Shown here: positions 23,401 through 35,400 of the stretch, piece by piece
How the letters are laid out: each line of letters opens with the position of its first letter
Numbering within the stretch: the first letter of the stretch is position 1
NCBI GenBank assembly: GCA_002269645.1
Contig: NIVC01002616.1
Location: 1-64,000 of the forward strand
Direction: 5' to 3'
Length of the DNA: 64,000 nucleotides
From: Macrostomum lignano
Taxonomy: Eukaryota
The notes under the pieces: model-generated
What the model saw: only the letters and a program-made list of their open reading frames with translations
Databases searched by the model: none
Told to the model about the DNA's origin: nothing
Translations under genes and position numbers: made by a program

Positions 23401-26400
23401 CTATATCTCACCCCTGTGTCTCAGAGTCTATATCTCACCCCTGTGTCTCAGAGTCTATATCTCACCCCTGTGTCTCAGAGTCTATATCTCACCCCTGTTT
23501 CTCAGAGTCTATATCTCACCCCTGTGTCTCAGAGTCTATATCTCACCCCTGTGTCTCAGAGTCTATATCTCACCCCTGTGTCTCAGAGTCTATATCTCAC
23601 CCCTGTGTCTCAGAGTCTATATCTCACCCCTGTGTCTCAGAGTCTATATCTCACCCCTGTTTCTCAGAGTCTATATCTCACCCCTGTGTCTCAGAGTCTA
23701 TATCTCACCCCTGTGTCTCAGAGTCTATATCTCACCCCTGTGTCTCAGAGTCTATATCTCACCCCTGTGTCTCAGAGTCTATATCTCACCCCTGTGTCTC
23801 AGAGTCTATATCTCACCCCTGTGTCTCAGAGTCTACATCTCACCCCTGTGTCTCAGAGTCTATATCTCACCCCTGTGTCTCAGAGTCTATATCTCACCCC
23901 TGTGTCTCAGAGTCTATATCTCACCCCTGTGTCTCAGAGTCTATATCTCACCCCTGTTTCTCAGAGTCTATATCTCACCCCTGTTTCTCAGAGTCTATAT
24001 CTCACCCCTGTGTCTCAGAGTTTATATCTGACCCTGAGTCTCCCAGTATCTCAGGGGTCTCCCTGTATCATTCCCCCCTCAACCCCCATGGCCCAGTCCT
24101 GCATCGCTCACAGATTTCTCTCGCCGCTCAGTCCCGGCAGCGCCAGCGGGCTCAATCTCGTCACTTGGATGCTCATCATAGCATGGCGGTCCGTGCGATC
24201 CGTGAGTCTCCACCACTTTGCTAGTGACAACCTGGCGCACCTGTTTCCGCTTGACAATCCGTTTAGTGACCTTGTTGCCATGCTCATCCGTGTAGGTTTC
24301 CACCTCTTCGACTGGGTCGCCGACTTGTTCGCTCTGTTAAATACAAATTCAGAAAGATGAAAGTCTGTGACTACTAGCAGTAGGGAAAATGCTAAATATG
24401 TTTAAAAAAAACGGAAAAGCTACTAACATTAATCAAATGATAGAACAGAACTACAGATCGACATATAGGTACAAAATTAATATAAACATGCTATACGAAT
24501 ACTTACATATAAATAATAAAAGAAAATATAAACAGAGCCATGCACAAAAAACTGCAAAAACGCAAGAAATCGCTTAAGAATCATTTTATAATCGATAAAA
24601 ACGGCAGACGACCACACAGGAAGGTTGTAAGCCAGGGATCGGCAAACTCCGGCTCTCGGTCCTTCGATCAACTTCGCAATAGCAATTCAGTCAGCTTAAG
24701 GTTTGTGTCTCTTTTCGCCTCCTTCTCTTTTCTCTTTTCTTATAATATGAGATATTCGACATATCGGCACTTTGCTTAACACATCTCTGCATTACTGCAT
24801 CATTTTCTCTCCTCCCTCTGTCTTTTCTCCTCTTTCCCTTCTCCCCTATCTCCTCTCTTCTCCTTCCTCTCTCCCGTCTTTTCTCTTTTCCTTCTGTCTT
24901 CTCTCCTCTCTCCTTTTTCTCCCCTTTCCTCTCTCCCCTCTTCTCTCCTCCCCCTGTCTTCTCTCCTCTCTTCTTTTTCCTCTCTCCCTTCTCCTCTCCT
25001 CCCCCTGTCTTCTCTCCTCTCTTCTTTTTCCTCTCTCCCTTCTCCTCTCCTCCCCCCTGTCTTCTCTCCTCTCTTCTTTTTCCTCTCTCCCTTCTCCTCT
25101 CCTCCCCCTGTCTTCTCTCCTCTCTCCCTTTTTCTCCCCTTTCCTCTCTCCCCTCTTCTCTCCTCCCCCTGTCTTCTCTCCTCTCTTCTTTTTCCTCTCT
25201 CCCTTCTCCTCTCCTCCCCCTGTCTTCTCTCCTCTCTTCTTTTTCCTCTCTCCCTTCTCCTCTCCTCTCCCTGTCTTCTCTCCTCTCTTCTTTTTCCTCT
25301 CTCCCTTCTCCTCTCCTCCCCCCTGTCTTCTCTCCTCTCTTCTTTTTCCTCTCTCCCCTCTCCTCTCCTCCCCCCTGTCTTCTCTCCTCTCTTCTTTTTC
25401 CTCTCTCTCCATTCCTCTCCTCCCCCTGTCTTCTCTCCTCTCTTCTTTTTCCTCTCTCCCCTCTCCTCTCCTCCCCCTGTCTTCTCTCCTCTCTTCTTTT
25501 TCCTCTCTCCCCTCTCCTCTCCCCCCTGTCTTCTCTCCTCTCTTCTTTTTCCTCTCTCCCCTCTCCTCTCCTCCCCCTGTCTTCTCTCCTCTCTTCTTTT
25601 TCCTCTCTCTCCCCTCTCCTCTCCTCCCCCTGTCTTCTCTCCTCTCTTCTTTTTCCTCTCTCCCCTCTCCTTTCGCTTCTCCCTCCCCTATTATCTCCTC
25701 ACATCCTCCATCTTTTCTCTCATCCTACCTGCGTATCGCTTCTGCCCACCCCTCTCTCCTCTTATCTACTATTCCCTCTCCTTATCAGTCTAATCTGGCC
25801 CGCGGCCATGAGCTGGATTCTTTACTATCTAGCCATTGGCTTAAGGTAAAAAAGTTTGCAGACCCACTTGCTATAAACAATGATACGTGCATCAAGCAAG
25901 GTAAACTACAGGAGGGTAATAGAGGTACAATTAGTAGGCTAGGAAGCTAATAAACCGGCTCTAATCCAGATACGCAAGCAGCTAGCAAAGGATTACTTGA
26001 GTGACAAAGGTTCGCTCTTTCGGATCGCCCTGGAAATGATGATGATGCTTCGGATAGCCCTGATGCTCGCAGCCTCCTCCGTCGCCTGCGGCACCGGCCT
26101 CGGCCATCTCCATCATGGCCATGGACTTGGAGATATTGTCATCGGAGTAGTCCGCAGGCTTTTATTGGAAAAAAATAAGTACGCATTGAACTTTTCAAGT
26201 GATAAAATTTTATTAGGGGACATTTGAAGGTCACGGATACAAACAAGACAATGTACTGTTGATCAGACAGTCGCTATAAACTCTCTCACCTCCGTTCGGT
26301 GCTCGTGAACGGCAGTTCCACCACCGCCGCCATTGTAGCCGCCGTGCAATTGGCCGGCGTGAATCTGCTGCTTGTTCTCACGGATGACGTCATATTTGTG

Positions 26401-29400
26401 ATCAACAGACGGCAGGTTGGAGTTCTGCGTTGCGTGATTGGTTGAGAATATTTTAGAGACAAGTGAAGCGAAGAATTTCAACAATTATATATTGCAGTTA
26501 CAGCTTATCACCACCCAGCTTACCCTCTTTGTGAGGCTTTCCTGAAGCATTCTAGGATCAACGTAGGTAAATCCTTTGGACTTGCGCTGCAATGCAATTT
26601 GTGACGGGTGATGATTAGGGATCTGTGTAGATTGCTTAGGGATCTGTGCAGATTGCTTAGGGATCTGTGTAGATTGCTTAGGGATCTGTGTAGATTGCTT
26701 AGGGATCTGTGTAGATTGCTTAGGGATCTGTGTAGATTGCTTAGGGATCTGTGCAGATTGCTTAGGGATCTGAGTAGATTGCTTAGGGATCTGTGTAGAT
26801 TGCTTAGGGATCTGTGTAGATTGCTTAGGGATCTGTGTAGATTGCTTTGGGATCTGTGTAGATTGCTTAGGGATCTGTGTAGATTGCTAAGGGATCTGAG
26901 TAGATTGCTTAGGGATCTGTGTAGATTGCTTAGGGATCTGTGTAGATTGCTTTGGGATCTGTGTAGATTGCTTTGGGATCTGTGTAGATTTCTTAGTGAT
27001 CTGTGTAGGGGACCACTAAAAAGGGATCTGTGGGGATCACTAATAAGGGATCTGTGGGGATCACTAAAAAGGGATCTGTGGGGATCACTAACAAGGGATC
27101 TGTGGGGATCACTAAAAAGGGATCTGTGGGGATCACTAAAAAGGGATCTGTGGGGATCACTAACAAGGGATCTGTGGGGATCACTAATAAGGGATCTGTG
27201 GGGACCACAAAAAAGGGATCTGTGGGGATCACTAACAAGGGATCTGTGGGGATCACTAATAAGGGATCTGTGGGGACCACAAAAAAGGGATCTGTGGGGA
27301 TCACTAATAAGGGATCTGTGGGGATCACTAAAAAGGGATCTGTGGGGACCACTAAAAAGGGATCTGTGGGGATCACTAAAAAGGGATCTGTGGGGATCAC
27401 TAATAAGGGATCTGTGGGGATCACTAATAAGGGATCTGTGGGGATCACTAACAAGGGATCTGTGGGGATCACTAATAAGGGATCTGTGGGGACCACTAAC
27501 AAGGGATCTGTGGGGACCACTAAAAAGGGATCTGTGGGGATCTTAAAAGATCTGATGGGGATTTTTATGATCCCAACCAGTTTTTTAGGATTGACTTCAA
27601 TTTTGAAGGGATTTTTGGGAACTATTATAGATAGGAATAATTTCAAGATTTAGGGCTAAGTTTAAAGAATGATACACAATAGAAATCAGCACTCACGTCC
27701 ATAACTCCGGTCTTTCCGCTTCGCCGTACGGAATCCTCGCTAGCCAGACACACTGGAGTCCACTCGTCGCCAGGAGGATATTTGAAGGGCGTCTGGCCGA
27801 GATTGACAAACAGAGTCTGGTCCCGCATGCTCACTGTGGGATAGAATGCCTCCTGGCTGAGCACTTGGCTGGGCAGCTGGTAGGCGGGGCCCATCAGGGC
27901 GCTGTTGCGAGCGAACTGCATCTGGCCGTGGTCCAGATCTAAGAAGCAGCCAACAACGTCGCCTTTGCCAAACGGTTCGCCATAGCTGTCAATCTCGTCT
28001 GAGTGCATCTTTTTGCCTTGATTGCCGGCCAGCCCGAAGCCGTCGGGATCGGCGCCGTAGCCCCAGCCGGCGGCGTCTCGGCCGATGTCCAGGCCGCCCG
28101 ACTCGGTGGTCCAGCCGGCTCTGGACAGGCCGCGGGCCTCTGCGGCTCCACCTCGTAGTAGAACCGGCCGCCAGCCCGACCGCGGAGACCTTTGTTGGCG
28201 CGGACGCCCTGGTTGGTGTTGACGGTTGGATGACTGATTTATGCTTGATTGATGACTGGTTGATGACGATTGACAAGAGGTTGATGATGGTTGATGATGG
28301 CTGATGATGATTGATGATGATTGTTGATGGTCAATGATGATTGATGATAGCTAATGGTGTTTGGTGATGATTGATGACGGTTGATAATAGATTTACAGTG
28401 AGAGCTGATAGATAACTGATTGCTAGTTGACTATAGATGCCGGCTGATGCAAATGCACAACAGTTGCAACTCCCGCGCCCACCTGCCAGCCGAAGCCCAG
28501 CTGACTCTGCGCAGAGGCACCGTCGGGTCCCAGCGTCAGTCCGGGGCCGCTGGTGTCGTGCTGATTCAGCCGCCAGGCGCGCGGATTCTCGGCCTGTTGA
28601 TTGGCCGGCGCCAAACCGACGGGCCGCCAGACGCCGGCCGGCCGGTACAGCAGCGGCCTGGCCGGATCGTCGCCGAAGTTCCAGTGGGCGGCGGCGCCGG
28701 GGGCGAGGCAGGCGGCCGGGTAGAACACCTCACGGCGCATGTCGTGCGGCAATTCGTAGGCGAGGCCCAACTCTTTGCCATTGACTGAGTACAGCACAGA
28801 GCCGCCGTCTAAGTCGACGAAAACTCCGACAACGTCGCCGCTGGCTAGACGATCGCCGTAGGCCTCGGCGACGCCGCGGTTGTACTTTTCGCCGTTGGCC
28901 CCGTAGCCGAAACCGTGGGCGTCGTCGCCTAGGCGCAGACTGGCGGAGCTGGTCGACCAGCCAACTCTGGCTGGCACAGGCTGATCGCCGGCAGGTGTTG
29001 CCATGGTAACCGTGGCTTCGTAGTACCACTGGCCGCCGTTGCAAACTCCGCGATCGGTACGGCAGCCCTGGGATAGGAATGCGTCATTGTTGATAAATGC
29101 AGTTTTTAATACCATTGACTCTATCAAATTAAAGTACACGTGTGACTAAAGTACAAATGTGCCAGTTCTAGAGTACAGATGTATTAGTTTAAATAGTTTT
29201 TTATTACAGGGTCGCCACACACACCCTCAATTACCCTAGCTAAAACCTGATACCCATTTTGCAGCTGGGTGAACTGAAGCAATGCAGAGTTACGAGTAAG
29301 TGTCTTGCTTAAGGACACGAGTTGTTCCAAGTAGGTTGATAATCGAATCCCCGACTTTTCAGTGGTAAGCCCGACACTAAACTACTAGGCTGAAATCCCT

Positions 29401-32400
29401 CAAAACACACACTAGTACACATGTACTAGTTCAAAAAGTACACATGTACTAGTTCAAAAAGTACACATGCACTAGTTCAAAAAGTACACATGTACTAGTT
29501 CAAAAAGTACACATGCACTAATTCAAAAAGTACACATGTACTTGTTCAAAAAGTACACATGTACTAGTTCAAAAAGTACACATGTACTAGTTCAAAAAGT
29601 ACACATGTACTAGTTCAAAAAGTACACATGTACTAGCTCAAAAAGCACATTTAAATAGTGCACACAGCAGAGCTTATAGCTGATGGAAAATTAAAGCAGC
29701 TCACCTGCCAATCAGGCGCCCCGACGGGACAGGCGCCAACTGATCGGCCAGAGTCCAGACTGGCTGACAGCATTGGCTCAGCGTCGGCCGGAGACATGTG
29801 CCAACGGGACGGCCGTTCAACCACCAGCTCAGGTCGACGGTCCATCTGATCGCGTTGCTGCTGCTGCTGCATTTGCATCTGTTGCTGGCGCCACAAGGTG
29901 ACGTCGCTAATAGTGCCGTCCCCGGCGCCGCCGTAGATGTTGCCGCGAGATCCGTTGGCAGCGGCGGCTCGCAGCTCGCGATTGTAGGCGTCCTCTGAGG
30001 AATTTGAATTCAATGTTACAAGGATTTGCAATTTGGAATGAAATTGAAGCCTGCAGCATTGAGACTTAATTTTGAAGGATTTTATACCTGAGAAGGGTTT
30101 TGGATTAGGGATTTGGGGAGGATTATGGATAAGAAAATTATGGAGTTGAATAGGATTAGGGACTTGAGGAGGATTAGGGATTTGAGAACTAGGGATTTTA
30201 AAAGGATTGGGGATTTAAAGACTACGGATTTAAATAGGATTAGGGATTTGAGGAAGATTAGGGATTTGAGGACGACTAGGGATTTGAATAGGATTAAGGA
30301 TTTGAGGAGGAGGATTAGGGATTTAAAGACTACGGATTTGAATAGGATTAGGGATCTGGGGAGGACTAGGGATTTAAAAAGGATTACGGATTCGAAGATA
30401 ATTAGAGATTTGAAGTCAACTACAGAATTATACTGAAGTATAAGGACAGTCAGAGAAATTGAGATTCAATACCAAGGATTTTGAATTTGAAGGATTTTGG
30501 ATTTGAAGGGGCTCAGGGTTCGGGATTCTTAACTGGGATTCGAATTGCATAATATTTGAATCACACCTTTCTGTCTGAAGCTCTTGCGCATATCGCTAGT
30601 AACGGGCATCTCCTGATAGTTGCCGTAGGTCTGATCGTTGAGCTGGTCGCGAGTCGGCCCAGTGTAATTCCATTTGTTCTTGAATGTGCCAGGAATCAGC
30701 GGCTTGGACGGCTTCTCCGGCGATTTGAGTCTGCGCGGGTTGAGCCATAGTAACGGATTAGGCGAGCTTTAGATTGTGCAGAGATGAATACGGTAGGGAA
30801 TTAACAATGACTATAGGGAGAGGCCGATGGGACGGCTCAGAGGGAAATAACAGCTTGGATAATCCAGGCATTAATCCAGTAGATATTATTGATTATCTAA
30901 GGGTTAATCCAGTAGGGATTATCGATAAAGGATTATTGATTATTGAAGAATTAACCAGTAGAGATTATCTATAATCCAAGATTATTGATTATCTAAGGAT
31001 TAATCCGGTAGAGATTATCGATAATCCAACGATTATTGATTATTGAAGGATTAATCCAGTAGAGATTATCTATAATCCAAGGATTATTGCTAGTCTAAGG
31101 ATTAATCCAGTAAAGATTATTGATAATCCGGAAGCGAACGTCAATAATCCAAGGATTAACTAAGCAAGGATTAGCCATAATCCAGGGATAAGCACTTCGG
31201 GGATGAAAAAAAGTCTTGAACTTCAAGCAAAGCAAAGCGTTAAACCAAAGCTCTCAAAGTTATTCCTCACCGGAAGAAGCCGTGATGCTCAACCACAGCC
31301 CGCCACAACCGCTTGGCCAGCTTAGCCGAGGCGCACTTGAACTCAACCACAGTCTCAGCTTTCGAGTCGCGCTCCGACTCAGTCCTGATGCCAATCTTGA
31401 GCGTATTCCGCTTATAGGACACTTTGAGAATCTTTGGCCAAGAGTAGCGACCAATCCGCAGGCTGTTGCGGTACACCAGCACGCCCGAATGATACACGCC
31501 AACAAAGACCTCCTCGCCCATGCTGTCCTTGGCCTCGTGCATGTCCAATCCGTACATAGCCAGCTTCTTGGCATTCTGCAAGAAATGCATATCGGCCTCC
31601 TCTGGCGTCATGCCCTGGTGAGTTTTGTGCAACTCGCTGACTCGTTCCATGAGTTCGCGATGACTGCGGAATTCCTCCGGACAGAATGGACAGTCCTGCA
31701 GGTACAGCAGGCTGGTCATCTTCTCGTCGCTTGGCTCGAAATCGCCGATCTCGGATTGGACAACGTAGCTGCCCAAGATGATGTAGGTGATGAAGGAGCA
31801 GGGCAAGGCGTCGGCCATGAGATTCTGGCGAATCTGGAGAGCCATGTAGTAGCGGGTGAGATTCTCGCGGAGATTCTCCGGATCGGGCGGATAGAACTTC
31901 ACCATGAAGTCCAGCTTCCATTCGTTCTCTGCGGATTTTTAGGGGGGGGGTGGGTGTCGAGCTGCCTGTTTTGCTGCGGTTAATTAAAGTGCTCTTTGTA
32001 CTCTAATTTCCCTTTTCTACATCAGAAGCGTCCAGAGTGACAGTGGCGTGACAATCACGTGACGGTATCGTGGCAATCACGTGACGGTATCGTGACAATC
32101 ACGTGACAGTATCGTGGCAATCACGTGACAGTATCGTGGCAATCACGTGACGGTATTGTGACAATCACGTGACGGTATTGTGACAATCACGTGACAGTGT
32201 CGTGACAATCACGTGACAGTGTCGTCGTAATCACGTGACAGTATCGTGACAATTATGTGACAGTATCGTGACAATCACGTGACAATATCGTGACAATCAC
32301 GTGACAGTATCGTGACAATCACGTGACAGTATCGTGACAATCACGTGACAGTATTGTGACAAAAAACACGTGATGGGAGTCAGGATACAAGCTATTTTTA

Positions 32401-35400
32401 CACAATCACTTGACAGACACAAACAACCTGGAAAATTGTATTTTATAGGAAATACGGTACTCTAAGATAACGAAAAATATGTTGATAATGCCATAACTAT
32501 TGATAGAACGGATTTCCAGGCACGCCAAGGAAACTCTCAATAGTAAATACCAAGCAACAATACTGAGATAAAAGTACAGCGCTAGGTTCTATAGTATTAG
32601 CGGGCAGGCAGACAGACAGACAGATCCCAGACAGGGAGATCGGGGAGAAATGTACAGAGCAGAGAAGAGGGATAGAAAAGATCAATGTGGGTTTGGTGGC
32701 TCAGCGCGCATCGCATCTGACAGTCCACTCACACTGCTCAAACTTCTTATATAAAAATGTGAGCAATAGGAAATACTGTTAGTACGTATGCATCATAATC
32801 ATTTTTTCTAAAATCTAAATCCCTAAGGGAGATTCCGCTAGGCGCAGAATTGAACCCACCTACCCGACTAAGCCTTCTACTTAAACTGAGTGTTCCCCCA
32901 AAAATGGCAGCCTTAAAAATATCCCTCTTGCATCTGGGGGAGTGAGGGAAACAGAAGGGCTGGGGGATGGGAGGGGAGACGCGTTAAGGCAGCTCTCTGA
33001 CTCAGCCAGTGGTGGTTGAGATGTGCAGAGAAACGTAGAATGCTGTCGATGATTGTGCAGGCAAACCCAATTCATCTCCTCATCTGACTGTCCCGACAGA
33101 CTCCGATAATGCCTTAAACATAGCAATAGTGATCCTCAAGTGTGACCATGATGTGACCGTCAATTTGACTTGCGAAAGATGAAAATACTGTCATTGTGAC
33201 CCTTGTGTGTTATTCCAGTCACATTTGACGGTCACATTTGAGGGCCACATGAGCGACCATTTGTTTGGCGGTCACATTTGAGGGCCACATGAGTGACCAT
33301 TTGTTTGACGGTCACATTTGAGGGCCACATGAGTGACCATTTGTTTGACGGTCACATCGCAGGGTCACATGAGTGACCATTTGTTTGACGGTCACATTTG
33401 AGGGCCACATGAGTGACCATTTGTTTGACGGTCACATCGCAGGGTCACATGAGTGACCATTTGTTTGACGGTCACATTTGAGGGCCACATGAGTGACCAT
33501 TTGTTTGACGGTCACATCGCAGGGTCACATGAGTGACCATTTGTTTGACGGTCACATTTGAGGGCCACATGAGTGACCATTTGTTTGACGGTCACATTTG
33601 AGGGCCACATGAGTGACCATTTGTTTGACGGTCACATAAGCGACCGTTAATTTGACGGTTACATCCAAGCGTCACAATAGAGGGTCACATGCAATTTGCT
33701 TTGTTTTAACTGTCATCAAAACGGTCACATAGTCAAAATGTGACCGGTCCCAGTTTTATACAGGACAGAAAGCCGAAAACAGTGAAAGCGAAAGTCGAAA
33801 TGAGGTCGAATGGGAAGATGCAAAAGCCCCCCTTCCCCTAATTCCTATAGAACGCCAGACGGGCCTGTTAAGATCTCTTAACAACCCCCTCTAGTTGATG
33901 GCTACCAGAGTCGGGCAGGCAGACAGGCAGGCCGCATGTGTCAGGGTGTGTGTGTGTGGAGTGGAGCCGATTGGAGAGGAGGGTAGGGTAAGGGTGTAGA
34001 AAATAGCTGCACATATTGTGAAGGGGAGAGAAAAGGGAGTATACATACATACATATATATCCCTTATAATATATAAGCCATAGTCCGCCCAGCAGAACCT
34101 ACAGACTGGCTACAAGATCTGCTGACTGCCAATGCACAAAACATTCCTTTTAACAAATTGCAACAAATGCTTTTTCTAGTCTGCAGTAGTATATTCTAAC
34201 CACAACTGTATTCATCATATATATATAAGCCATATATATCGTACAGTAAAAATAGATTTACACATCTTAGTATAGGCGATGAATAGATACTAACACGGGT
34301 CTAACCTTTGCTAAAAAAGATATATTTACTTCCTAAAATTAGCATCTAGTCAGCAGACTCCATGCGTACATTATATAGATTACTAAAACAAAAATTAACG
34401 AACTAGCTCAGCTTTCAGGACTGCTGTGATTTATTATTAGAGACAGAGATCTATGTGCATCTATGGCGCAATTTAAGCGACATTGTCAATACAACCAGTA
34501 AGAGGCAGTAATTCCACGGACTCCCCTGAGCAGGCACACACTCACACAGTGGTGTACAGCGGCTGTAACTTTATTTATCGTTAGGCATGTACACTTGCCT
34601 TAGAGGGTTGGCTCTTAAAGGCGCAAATAAACAAATAAACAAACAGCAAACACTTACTGCCAATCTGCTTGCCAAGTTTCTTCTCGCCGTTAAGCCAGTA
34701 CTGTAATAAAAATAATAAATATACAATAGAATTAATTTTGACACACACTTTTAAAATCATAAAAAAGCCAACAAGTTCAACATCTTACAGTACAATAAGT
34801 GAAGCAATCGGATTTGAGAGTTGTAGTTGCACTATCAAAGAGCATGACCTCAAGGCTTAGAGGGGTATAGAGAGAGAGAGATGCTTTTACAGGCATGCAA
34901 TAAATCACCAGATCGGACACAGATGCAGAGAGAAAACTAGCGGACCAAATGCCAAGGTCAAACACATGGCAATCGAGAAGAGGAAAGAGTAGAGGGGAGA
35001 GGCAGAAAGAGCACAGTCGCATTATTATTCGGTCTGTTTGATTCCCTCCACATTAGCGATAAGTCAGTTCACAGTGAGGAGATATGCTGATATGCATCAA
35101 TTTTATTTGACAATACTTACAAATATATTGTTTGAGTCGCGATAGCACAAGCCGAAGTACTCTTTCTCGTGCAGGCCCAGCGTGATGCAGGTCTCATCGA
35201 ATAATTCTTGAGCCTTGGCGTTGGTCTGAAATTGGATTAATAGTAATATAGTGCTCAATGGCTCACTGTTTAGGGACCTGAGTTGGGGCTCAGGATCTCA
35301 CTGAGGGACACCTGAGTTGGGGCTCAGGATCTCACTGAGGGACACCTGAGTTGGGGTTCAGGATCTTACTGAGGGACACCTGAGTTGGGGCTCAGGATCT

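Noticed and set aside
21925-24360. 811-aa and 756-aa ORFs (LTPVSQSLY)n / (SHPCVSESI)n
   Set aside because: These are read-through of a 27-bp (multiple of 3) minisatellite lying in an intron of the minus-strand FERM gene.
24772-27653. 392-aa S/P/L/F ORF, E/R/G ORF, (RDLCRLL)n ORF
   Set aside because: Artefacts of the CT tract and the 21-bp arrays.
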